From contig CAVRKK010000002.1 in NCBI GenBank assembly GCA_963722385.1, forward strand, positions 480,001 to 544,000: a stretch of DNA of 64,000 nucleotides, written 5' to 3'. The notes under the pieces are model-generated. The model was given only the letters and a program-made list of their open reading frames with translations. It was not told the origin of the DNA and searched no databases. The position numbers and the translations under genes were made by a program. This document shows, piece by piece, positions 1 to 9,192 of the stretch (positions are counted from its first letter, which is position 1; each line of letters opens with the position of its first letter). Source of the DNA: an uncultured bacterium. GTDB taxonomy: Bacteria > Babelota > Babeliae > Babelales > Babelaceae.

Positions 1-200
1 GCGATACTAGTTCTTAGACCTTTGTCGAGAATTTGTTGCCAATCGCAATCTATTTTAGAATAATAAAATTTTTCAAGCAGCTCAAGCATTTGCCAATCAT
101 CCTGCTTAACCGCTATTTGAAAAGCATCAGCTAAAGTTGATGCGGCAAGCCCATTATATGAAAGGAAAATAGAGGTAACGAAATAGTTTTGATTTGCCAA
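1..200 (-). pseudogene. Partial or degenerate reading frame running off the window start, resembling the helical ankyrin-like C-terminal regions of the effector genes
   Basis: Manual translation gives LANQNYFVTSIFLSYNGLAASTLADAFQIAVKQDDWQMLELLEKFYYSKIDCDWQQILDKGLRTSI; in-frame stops just upstream; loosely similar to the C-terminal part of 13038..15344. Confidence 0.3.
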
Positions 201-348
201 CTTTCTTTGTTATTTGCCTAATTAAAACATTTTGAGTATTCTTACCACAATTTAACTTTTATAATGGCCGCAGCTCTAGCTCTCATAAAAAGATCGTACA
301 CTTGCACAAGAAATAGGGCTGCATCAATTTCGTAAACGGCTTGGAATC

Positions 349-834
349 ATGTATAATACTCTTCTCAAAAAACTTAATCTTGTCTTCTCGTTCACGTTAC
401 TGTTTTCTTCGCTCTTGGGTGAAGAAGCGAAAAATGGACCGTATGCCGAATTCGATGCTGACAGGTTTGGCCAGCAATTCAATAAAAAGCCTGAATACCA
501 TCATGAAAATTTTGCGGGATCATCTCAAAATACTTATTCCGGATTTGACAATGACGAATCAACGACTGATGAGCCAGGTAGCGAAGAATATGAGCATAAC
601 GAGGAAAATGCTTCGCAATCATTTACCAGCACCGCTGCAGGTGGCGAAGACCCTGAAAATGATCCACGAAGAAAAAGAAACCAACATACAACATACCCTC
701 CCGAGCCAACAAATTTAGGCGAACAGACTAACTTACAACTTGGAAGAGGAATACGTAAACTGCAAAGAAGAATGAAGGAACATGAAGAAAAATTGGAAGT
801 ATATAAAAAGAATCCTTTCGATGCCAAACGCTAA
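349..834 (+). CDS. Exported hypothetical protein with acidic linker and a possibly truncated toxin-like C-terminus
   Basis: Hydrophobic N-terminal signal (LNLVFSFTLLFSSLLG), acidic low-complexity middle, C-terminal GIRKLQRRMKEHEEKLEVYKKNP. Confidence 0.55.
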   Translation: MYNTLLKKLNLVFSFTLLFSSLLGEEAKNGPYAEFDADRFGQQFNKKPEYHHENFAGSSQNTYSGFDNDESTTDEPGSEEYEHNEENASQSFTSTAAGGEDPENDPRRKRNQHTTYPPEPTNLGEQTNLQLGRGIRKLQRRMKEHEEKLEVYKKNPFDAKR

Positions 835-1304
835 AAGCATGGTCTGAATATTGCTTAACATAAAGCTTAAATCAATTCTACCTTTTCTGAGTATGTTGTC
901 CAAATCGACTACAAGATTTCTCTAAATATCTACCAGCCTTTACAAGCACTCGGAGCTGAATCAGGCGCTTTGCACGCCATCCCCTTAGCTACGCCAAATT
1001 TTTTTCAAATGAGCTTCATCTTCAGGTTCTTTATAGCGAGGTATCCATTTACCGATTTTTTAGGTCCATAATGAGCGTCTTATTTTCATCAAGCGTGCAA
1101 CCATCTCATCTGTTTTAGCCTCCAGCTCACTGCTGGGAACAAGGTGGGACACTAGCCAGTATCGCATATCTTCAAGGCGCTTTTTAATGCGGTAAAATTT
1201 GCCCATTCTATATCCTCATAGTTATCCTGCATTTCGCTTTAAACGCTTTTCTTTAGGCTTTATAGTTTCTTTGCCTAGGCTTCTTTCGTATTTATTAGAG
1301 CTTC

Positions 1305-1529
1305 TTACAAAAAGCACTGATATTTAACCTTGAATATGGCTGCAAGTTTTTGGGCCGTCTTTTTACCAATAGGACGTTTGCCTCGTTCCATTGAAGAAAT
1401 ATTGTTTGCCGATGTGCCAATTAATTGAGATAGATGTGCTTGCGTATATTCTTTGCGCAATCGAAGGTCTTTAAGAAAACGTCCCGGCTCTAAGTCAGCA
1501 TTGAGCTGATCTGTTAATTGCTTACTCAT
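1305..1529 (-). CDS. XRE-family helix-turn-helix protein (HigA-like)
   Basis: LKDLRLRKEYTQAHLSQLIGTSANNISSMERGKRPIG is a Cro/CI-type HTH pattern. Confidence 0.8.
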   Translation of the reverse strand: MSKQLTDQLNADLEPGRFLKDLRLRKEYTQAHLSQLIGTSANNISSMERGKRPIGKKTAQKLAAIFKVKYQCFL

Positions 1530-1538
1530 AATTCTGCT

Positions 1539-1817
1539 TTATCTTGCTAGTTTCTCTATGATAAGTGAATTAAAGCTTATGCCGCATTCAGAAGCTTCTT
1601 CCTGCAATCTTCTGTGAAGGCCGGATGGAATTTCAATACTTAAAGGCACATGAACTTTGTTTAAGGTTTTTTTGCTTGTCGAAGAATCGCGTCTCTTTTT
1701 GGGCTTAGATGCGATATCAGAAATTTCGATGGTTGTTGTGCGTAGGTCTAGCTTGTTCTTTTTATGAGCAGCGATATCTTCCAGGCCCTTCATAAGTTTC
1801 TCGAAAAGTTTGCTCAT
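1539..1817 (-). CDS. Putative antitoxin: HigA2-like N-terminal helix fused to a HicB-like ribbon-helix-helix
   Basis: ATG at 1817 overlaps the toxin stop (ATGA); MSKLFEKLMKGLEDIAAH N-terminus; SIEIPSGLHRRLQEEASECGISFNSLIIEKL C-terminus. Confidence 0.65.
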   Translation of the reverse strand: MSKLFEKLMKGLEDIAAHKKNKLDLRTTTIEISDIASKPKKRRDSSTSKKTLNKVHVPLSIEIPSGLHRRLQEEASECGISFNSLIIEKLAR

Positions 1818-2149
1818 AGCAATTCCTTTATGGTCTTTTTTAAGATACTTTTTTCTTGAGCTGTAATACTTTCTTGTTCGCTCTTTGGATGCAGCCATAA
1901 TAGCCATATCGTTTTATTATTAGCATCATCGTAATAGTAGATCCTGAATCCGCCACTTTTACCTTTGTCGGGGGCTTTCAACCTTATTTTTCTAAGACCT
2001 CCTGTACCTCTGATCAAATCGCCTTCTGTGGGATTTTGAGCAAGATAGTTTTTCAAGGTCCCAAAATCGCTATTTATGAGCTTTTTCTTTTCAATGAGAC
2101 CGTCTATTTCTTTCATAAATTCTCTGGTCTCAATTATTTGTCTTTTCAT
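1814..2149 (-). CDS. RelE/HigB2-like toxin
   Basis: LAQNPTEGDLIRGTGGLRKIR...GKSGGFRIYYY...IWLLWLHPKSEQESIT motif; start taken at MKRQII. Confidence 0.85.
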   Translation of the reverse strand: MKRQIIETREFMKEIDGLIEKKKLINSDFGTLKNYLAQNPTEGDLIRGTGGLRKIRLKAPDKGKSGGFRIYYYDDANNKTIWLLWLHPKSEQESITAQEKSILKKTIKELL

Positions 2150-2832
2150 GGAGCTACTTAAACCAATCTTTATATATTTAGATAGTATCAAATTTTGAGA
2201 GGTTATACAAGATATTGTTGTTTAACCCCCGTCCGACCCGGCGTCAATGGACATTGAAAAAGGCGATTAGTGTTCATAGGCAATAAATTTTAGTTTTTGA
2301 TTCAAAAGAACACAAAGATTTTTAAGGCTTGTACATTAACTAGGCCGCAACTGGAGGCCGACTTACCTCCTAGTTAAATATTTACAGGACTTCCGCAAAA
2401 AAGTGAAAGATCTGAACAGATTTGACTTTTAAGAAAATAAGAGCTCCAATAATGTTACTACAACAAAAAAAGGAGCTCTTAATGTTGCTTATAGGCTGCA
2501 ACCAACAGTGTGCATCACGCAATTCTTAGTTGCCTACGCGATGCCTAGCGTTGAAAAATCGGTCTGAATGAGGCTTAACGTAAAATTTAGGTTGATTTCA
2601 CCATTTCTGAACATGGCCGGAAGTCGATAAGCAATCTTCTTTCTTCCATTTCTGAACACAAGAAAAGTTCACATGCTTTAGTTCGAAGTCGACACTTTAC
2701 CGGTTCCATCGCTATCTTTCGGTTGGCTAAGATGAGATTCACTTCAATAAGTTGATCACGAGGACGAGTGTAAATCTGTCATAGATAGTAGTTATTTTTT
2801 ATGCTCAGTGTAAAGCCAAAGCGCTTATTCTG

Positions 2833-4081
2833 CAGGGCCGGCTCATCTAAATTTGATTGACAATTAATTCCAAAGTGCTAGGTTGCCAGCAAGACAGCTT
2901 TCGAAGACATTTGATACTGATGTACTTATCAACCAATGGCTGGGCTCGTTTGAGCAAGTTAAGCGCCAAACTTTTGATGGTCGCTACATTTTGAGGAGCA
3001 TTACCTTTTCGAATTCTCGATTGATCATCATTAAAGCAAACATCGAGTACCCAATGCATCGAATTCTCTATTAACCAGTGACTTCTTGCGGCGCGCAATA
3101 TTCTTTCTGCTGATGCAGGAATACTTGTTATGTAGTAACGTTTTTCTATAGTCTTATTCTTACCAATCAATCGCTCTGATTGTATACAGGCAATGCTCTT
3201 TAGTGAGACCCAATCATTCTTTTTAGAAATCCAGCCTATTTGATCGGTTGTTGTACAAGTCCTAATCTCAATTCGACCATGCCCTTTTTCTGTTTCTGAA
3301 AATGTATCATGCTTAATATTGATATATTTTGATTCGCTTTCTATTTCAAAGAAAGTTTTTATTTCTTCAAGAAGATCACCTTGATTGCCCTTTACATTAA
3401 GCAAATAATCCCCTTTTTTGTCAATAATCTTTTGAGCAATTTTTTTCTGGGTCCCTATTGCATCAATCGTCACTATCGCACCGCAGATATCAATTAAGTC
3501 CAAGAGCTGCGGGATAGCCGTTATTTCATTCGATTTTCCTTCTACCTTTTTTTGACAAAGGACCATTCTAACATCTGTCGCAAATGCATTGACTAGATAA
3601 AGAGGCTCTTTATCTTCTGTTTCACCCTGATCAAAGCTTCTTTTTGTCACTTTCCCATCTATGGCTACTGTTCTTGCATCATCAGTGTCTCTGTTATCCC
3701 TTACTGATGCTACTAAATCGCTTACCCATTTTACAAATATTTTAGAAAACTCATTAGGATCAAGTGCTCTAAAAAATCTCCTTAACGTATCATCGCTTGG
3801 TACCCCATTTTCAAATGGTAGATACTTTTTAAGTACGTCTAATCGAGCTTTTCCGTAGTATTCGATATCTTTCCAACCCTCGCACCCACTTATAACCCCT
3901 ACCAGAGTTAAAAAAAGAATATCTGCCATTGAATGCAGTTTTCCTCTTTCAATTCTTGGGTCTTCTAGTTCACCTATATAATCCAAAAAACTAATATTTC
4001 TGTCTTCCATCTTGGTTCTCCCGGTTTTTTTTGAGAACCATTATATCTTAGTTTTTTAATTTTTTAAGTGAGCCGGCCCTG
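2833..4081 (-). mobile_element. ISAs1-family insertion sequence, 1249 bp, apparently intact
   Basis: Terminal inverted repeats CAGGGCCGGCTCA (13 bp perfect, 17 of 19 extended); 10-bp direct target duplication GCTTATTCTG at 2823-2832 and 4082-4091. Confidence 0.95.
2847..4010 (-). CDS. ISAs1-family DDE transposase
   Basis: DPR...H N-terminus, AIDGK, KSNEITAIPQLL, VTIDA, EKGHGRIEIR, HWLIENSMHWVLDVCFNDD. Confidence 0.95.
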   Translation of the reverse strand: MEDRNISFLDYIGELEDPRIERGKLHSMADILFLTLVGVISGCEGWKDIEYYGKARLDVLKKYLPFENGVPSDDTLRRFFRALDPNEFSKIFVKWVSDLVASVRDNRDTDDARTVAIDGKVTKRSFDQGETEDKEPLYLVNAFATDVRMVLCQKKVEGKSNEITAIPQLLDLIDICGAIVTIDAIGTQKKIAQKIIDKKGDYLLNVKGNQGDLLEEIKTFFEIESESKYINIKHDTFSETEKGHGRIEIRTCTTTDQIGWISKKNDWVSLKSIACIQSERLIGKNKTIEKRYYITSIPASAERILRAARSHWLIENSMHWVLDVCFNDDQSRIRKGNAPQNVATIKSLALNLLKRAQPLVDKYISIKCLRKLSCWQPSTLELIVNQI

Positions 4082-4151
4082 GCTTATTCTGCAGCCCCTC
4101 CCCTTTTGGAAATTAAACTTCTAAAATAATGTAGCTTTTAATAGTATTAAT

Positions 4152-4180
4152 TTGCCTGATTGCCTTCCTCGTGGTATGGT
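4152..4180 (+). promoter_or_regulatory. Candidate sigma70 promoter of the ankyrin/F-box gene
   Basis: TTGCCT-N17-TATGGT upstream of ATG 4214. Confidence 0.35.
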
Positions 4181-4213
4181 AAAATATATAAAAAGCTATA
4201 ATTGAGATTTCAA

Positions 4214-5698
4214 ATGAAATTTTTAACACTGTTATTTGGACTATTTTCGTTCAGTTTATTTATACCAAACTATGCTATGGAAGGCGGCAAAAGACCTCAC
4301 CCGGAAGAGAAAAAAGGCGAAGAGGCCGATAAGCATCTGAACTTAAAAAAACGGCGCAATAACGAAGAAGAGCGGGAAAGAAAACAACAAGCAACATTGG
4401 CACTTTTTGCAGCGGCACAAGCCGGCAATATTGAGGATGCTCGCCATGCCCTTGAAGAAAATGCTAACTTTGCCTTTACCAATGAACATAATCAAACATT
4501 GGCTCAAATTGCGCGCGAGCATGGACATGAGGGGTTTGCCTCATGGCTTGAAGAGACTATCGCAGACATAATAAAATCTAACCAACTAAAGCTCAGTAGT
4601 GCCATACAAGATGAGGACCTTGACGCTATAGATCGAGCGGCAGCGGACATGAACCCCGCTTTTATTTCTGTTTCTTTATTAGAAGCTATAGGAAATGAAA
4701 AGGAAAGGCAAAAAGTAGTCGCGCTTCTTCTTGCTCGTGGCGCATATGTTAATGTCTGCGATCATAGAGGTGCCCAGGCGATCCATGAAGCGGTAGCACG
4801 AGGCCATTTTACCACGGTCATTACTCTATTAGCTCATGGAGCCAACCTCAATGCCCAAGATGAGCAAGGATTCACGCCTTTCGATTATGTGCTTCAAGAC
4901 AATGGTTTGTATTGTCACCGTGATGAACGAGGCATAGGCGCCCTCTTCTTGCTGGGAGCTTTAGCACGTACACAGAGCACCCGTATGCTTCGTTTCCTCG
5001 AGACATGGCCGTTAATTATTCGTGATTTCTTTCAAGATAAGGCCAAATTTCAATTGCGCTTAGATGAACTTGCTATGTTAGCACAAATAACAGCCCCATG
5101 CGCTGAGGAAGTCAGCGAGATAACTAGGGCCTTTATCCTAGCGGCTGCATGGGATGACGATAACGACATTTTTCAAACTTTTATTCAGCGTTTCCAACAA
5201 AACATTGATCCCGTGACCTGCAACTTAGCTGGTGCAGCCACGGCATTTCACGGCCATAGTGCCACTCTGGCCACTTTATGCACATTTGTTTTTGAGCGAC
5301 ACGTTGAGCATACAAAACGCTTTCTTAATACTGCTTTTATTATAGCAGTTGCGCAAGGCCACATTGCTTTGGTCCAGCAGCTCATTAACTTCGATATAGG
5401 AGCGACTGCTTGCTCCCAATATTTTAACACAAGCCAAAGCAACTTAGACCTACAACTTGCACTCCAACGCTTAAAACTTCTTTTGCGCAATAAGCTTTTA
5501 TCAGATTCTTTAAAGAATCGTTACGAAATTATTGAACAGCTACTAAGAGATTATGTCAAGACGCGTGTTGCTCGCGTTCTTATAGAATGCGCAGCGCAGC
5601 GGCAACCGCATGGGCCACCACCACCAAGCCAGCCTCGACCCTCTTTACTCGGCTTACCGCCAGATCTTAGAATACTTATTATGCGCCACGCAACCTAA
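4214..5698 (+). CDS. Secreted ankyrin-repeat protein with C-terminal F-box-like motif
   Basis: Signal peptide then ME; ankyrin repeats (GAQAIHEAVARGHFTTVITLLAHGANLNAQDEQGFTP); C-terminal SLLGLPPDLRILIMRH. Confidence 0.85.
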   Translation: MKFLTLLFGLFSFSLFIPNYAMEGGKRPHPEEKKGEEADKHLNLKKRRNNEEERERKQQATLALFAAAQAGNIEDARHALEENANFAFTNEHNQTLAQIAREHGHEGFASWLEETIADIIKSNQLKLSSAIQDEDLDAIDRAAADMNPAFISVSLLEAIGNEKERQKVVALLLARGAYVNVCDHRGAQAIHEAVARGHFTTVITLLAHGANLNAQDEQGFTPFDYVLQDNGLYCHRDERGIGALFLLGALARTQSTRMLRFLETWPLIIRDFFQDKAKFQLRLDELAMLAQITAPCAEEVSEITRAFILAAAWDDDNDIFQTFIQRFQQNIDPVTCNLAGAATAFHGHSATLATLCTFVFERHVEHTKRFLNTAFIIAVAQGHIALVQQLINFDIGATACSQYFNTSQSNLDLQLALQRLKLLLRNKLLSDSLKNRYEIIEQLLRDYVKTRVARVLIECAAQRQPHGPPPPSQPRPSLLGLPPDLRILIMRHAT

Positions 5699-5923
5699 AG
5701 GCTGTTTCTAAAATAAAATATCTTGCTTGCAATATAGCTTTTAAAGCTACAAGCTAGCTGATTTTTATGCCTTAACTTTTTGCTGTCTACTCGATATAGG
5801 GCGTTGAAAGCTATCTAAATGTGCTTAACGTAAAACTTCGCTCAAAGAGTTGCAAATCTAAATTAGTTGTTAAAATTATTATTATTTGAGTTGCATAATT
5901 TATATTTTGCGAAAGACTAATAA

Positions 5924-6086
5924 ATGAAAATTGCAAATAATAGAGCCAAATTACTACTAATATGTGAGCGCGATGTTGAGCATCTCGACATTTATTGTTT
6001 ATGGAATGGAAGATCCATCTGATTCTAATACTTCGAACGAGGAAGAGAAAGCAAAGATCAATGGATGGGAGGATAATGCGCCGTAA
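5924..6086 (+). pseudogene. 5' remnant of a signal-peptide + ME effector gene
   Basis: ATG 5924 (MKIANNRAKLLLIC) frameshifts into AMLSISTFIVYG-MEDPSDSNTSNEEEKAKINGWEDNAP*, which abuts the propeller fragment. Confidence 0.5.
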
Positions 6087-6924
6087 CTCTAATGATGTCA
6101 CCCTTTTTAATTTTGTAACCGGAACTCTCAGTAACCCTCGGTCGTATCCTTTACCAGCCAATTCAACCAAACCAGTGGTAACGTTCACACCGGATGATAA
6201 CTATCTTGTTACAGCAAATGCTAAATCATATGATGTAACTCTTTTTAAGGTAGCAAGCGGTGTACTAAGTGGTAGCATGTCCAAACCGCTTCCAAAAGGA
6301 TCATCAGTTCCTAATGCTGTTGTCTCTTTCTCAGATAATCAGGAAGAGATTGTTATTATTACTGCTAACAATGGTTCTGATGATATTACGCTATTTGCTA
6401 TTATAAATGGCGCTTTATCCGAAGGACAATCACGCCAAATTGCCCAAGGTAATGCGCAGCCAGGATCTATAGGCCTGTCGGCCGATGGTGCTTTCTTAGC
6501 AGCAAGTAACAGCGGTTCTGATACAATAGCTATCATTGAGTTTTCAAAAGAAGCTATTTTGGGAAATCGTACTACACACATTTTGCCTGACAACTCTACA
6601 TACTGTGTATCAATAGCTTTCTCTCCTATTTTTTCGAGCACAGGAAGTTCTCTGCTTGCTACAGCTAATTTTTATTCCGATGATGTATCCATTTCACAAA
6701 TATTTGGAACAAGCAGCGAAGGAGGATCTTCAAGTAATGGCGATGAGAGCTCTACCAATATCGGTATTATTGTAGGGCCTATAATGGGTGGAGTTGGCGC
6801 TCTGACAGGTATTGTTGTAGTTGGTATAGTTGCTTATTTTGCTTGGAAATATTTTGCGCGTTATCGTGGTTCAGGCGCTGTTAACTACTCACCGGAAGAG
6901 GTAGCTGAAGTACAAGCGCTCTAA
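6085..6924 (+). pseudogene. C-terminal fragment of the beta-propeller membrane protein family (last blades, TM helix, tail)
   Basis: Homology starts abruptly at NSNDVTLF; colinear with 42185..43085; lacks signal peptide and N-terminal repeats. Confidence 0.75.
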
Positions 6925-7326
6925 ATTTCTAGAAAGTAAGCATTTGCTCCTCATGCAAATATGAAAGTGGCTTGTGTGGAATGTGGAATTTGTACCATTA
7001 ATCCCTACACCAGATGGTTTGGCGTTGCTGCACTCAAGACATCAGCAACGCCAAAACTCACGAGTACTTATCTACACAAAAAAGAGCGCCCGAAGCGAAA
7101 AATTAAATCTCTAAGCATAGAAACCAAGGGATTAAAGATTGATCGAGAGAAATTAAATGTCCATAGGCGATACAAATATTTTGATCTATCTCTTTTCGTC
7201 GGATTGTGCTGAAAAGAGAGTGACCGTTGAACGTATTTTACGTCAAGCCGGGGAGTCTATATTAGTATTCAGGTAATTAACGAATGTGTTCGAGTATTGC
7301 ATGAAAGATAAAAGCAATCATATAAG

Positions 7327-8556
7327 CTATTCTTCCCATACTAAATTAATAGGAAGCGCATATAAATTATTACCAAAGGGAACTGTCTGGTTACCAGTGT
7401 ATATAACAAAGCCTTTTAAAAACTTGCGGCCAGCTTTACGCTGCAAATAACTCAGTCCTTTAAAATCGTCTGGTGTTACCCTTGAGCTACTTTTTACTTC
7501 TATGCCGACTATATTGCCTAAGCGATCTTCTAAAACCAGATCCACCTCTTGGCCATCCGTTGTCCTAAAATGATATAAACTAACTCGAGTATGACTCCAT
7601 GTTGCTTGCTTTCTTAATTCCTCGATAACAAAATTCTCAACCACTCTGCCCATGATTACGTTATCTTCTAATGCTCTATTGAGATTAAAGCCTAAAAGAT
7701 AGCCTTGGAGGCCAGTATCATTTATGTATAATTTGGGGGATTTTGTAAATCTTAACGTCGAATTCGCGCTCCAAGCTAATTGAAGATGAATAATAAAAAT
7801 AGTTTTTAATAGCGCAATATACCGCTCTACAGTTTTGGCGACAAGCTTAGCATCACGTGCTACCTCAGCTATGTTTAATAAGTTAGAACTTCTAAAAGCA
7901 AGAATCTGTAATAGTTTGGGCATTTCAGTTAGCTTTTCAATAGCTGCTAAATCTTTAATGTCTCTTTGAAGTAAAAGGTTTAGGTAATTTCGCATCCAAG
8001 CCTGATGTGCTTCAGCATTCATAGATTGGACAGAAGGATAGCCGCCCACCATAGCGCGCCGGTAGAGTTCTTCTTTTATTAAAGGATTCTTTGGATTGGC
8101 AAACTGATGATTGCTGAATGCTAAGTCAATAAAGTCTATTTTTTTATTGTAAATCTCTCCTTGCGATAAAGTCATAAGATCAATAATTTCCATTCTTCCA
8201 ACCAGAGAGTCGCCTAGTTTCGGTATGAGGAGCGGATTTGCCGAACCAGTGAGTAGATATCTCGCAGGAATACGATGTTTATCGACATCTCGTTTGATAG
8301 CCAGAAAGATCTCAGGAACCCGTTGAACTTCATCAATAATCATAGGTTTTCTTGCATCCTCGATAAATCCCTGAGGATTTGCTTTCGCGGCTAAGTAAAC
8401 TACCTCATCATCAAAAGTTATGTAGTTATAAGAATCTTGTTCCGCTAGATGAAGCGCTAAAGTTGTCTTACCCACTTGTCGTGCACCATTGAGAAGAACA
8501 ACGGGGCTCCTTTGGAGTGCTTTCTGCAAGAATGGCTCTATTTTTCTTATAAACAT
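7327..8556 (-). CDS. AAA+ ATPase with C-terminal DUF4143-type/PD-(D/E)xK domain
   Basis: Walker A GARQVGKT, Walker B IIDEVQ, LLTGS, GGYP, KSPKLY, EVDLV...GIEVK. Confidence 0.9.
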   Translation of the reverse strand: MFIRKIEPFLQKALQRSPVVLLNGARQVGKTTLALHLAEQDSYNYITFDDEVVYLAAKANPQGFIEDARKPMIIDEVQRVPEIFLAIKRDVDKHRIPARYLLTGSANPLLIPKLGDSLVGRMEIIDLMTLSQGEIYNKKIDFIDLAFSNHQFANPKNPLIKEELYRRAMVGGYPSVQSMNAEAHQAWMRNYLNLLLQRDIKDLAAIEKLTEMPKLLQILAFRSSNLLNIAEVARDAKLVAKTVERYIALLKTIFIIHLQLAWSANSTLRFTKSPKLYINDTGLQGYLLGFNLNRALEDNVIMGRVVENFVIEELRKQATWSHTRVSLYHFRTTDGQEVDLVLEDRLGNIVGIEVKSSSRVTPDDFKGLSYLQRKAGRKFLKGFVIYTGNQTVPFGNNLYALPINLVWEE

Positions 8557-9192
8557 AGGCTTTTTCTTAAAAAAAGACAGTATCTGTCTTATATTATGGC
8601 GTGACTTGTCTTTTTTGCAAACTCAGCCTAACTATTCTTGCATAATCCTTCTTTTGCCATTGCTATTTCTTATAATATTACTCAAACCGATCTATATATA
8701 AAAACCGCTGGATAGCGAGGATAGCTTAGTAATAACCTTAAGGTAGCTTATGAGTTCCAGGAAGCCGTCTTTTGTAGTTCACGTATAAAGTAGTTGCCAA
8801 TAGAAATAAGGCCTGCCTCATAAGGGTCCTTTGCATTTGTAGTCTTATTTTTGCTTTTTTCGTTTTTTTAGGTTTGTCTCTCGTTTTGTAATCGACTATC
8901 AACAATTATAAGCAATCTAACAAATGAATCAACCTAAGTTTAATGTGGTTCAATTTCATGTGGAGGCAAATGAAAATGAAGCAGCAGAACAATCATGTAT
9001 ATGAACATTCGGTAGTATATGGATGCCAATACCGTATTACTGTTTTGTCCTGAATATGTCGACCTATAGGATACTCGCTCGTGAGAACGACGGTCTCCTC
9101 AAGCTCATCATTCCCCAACTGTGCAAAGCTCTCCAAAAGGTGAAAATTATATTTTTTCTGAAGTGATAGCGAGTGAGCAATGAAATCCATTT

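Noticed and set aside
6961..7212. 83-aa ORF with CxxCxxC start, and the 65-aa ORF at 8993..9190
   Set aside because: No recognisable family, and both lie in decayed intergenic DNA; cannot be supported as genes.
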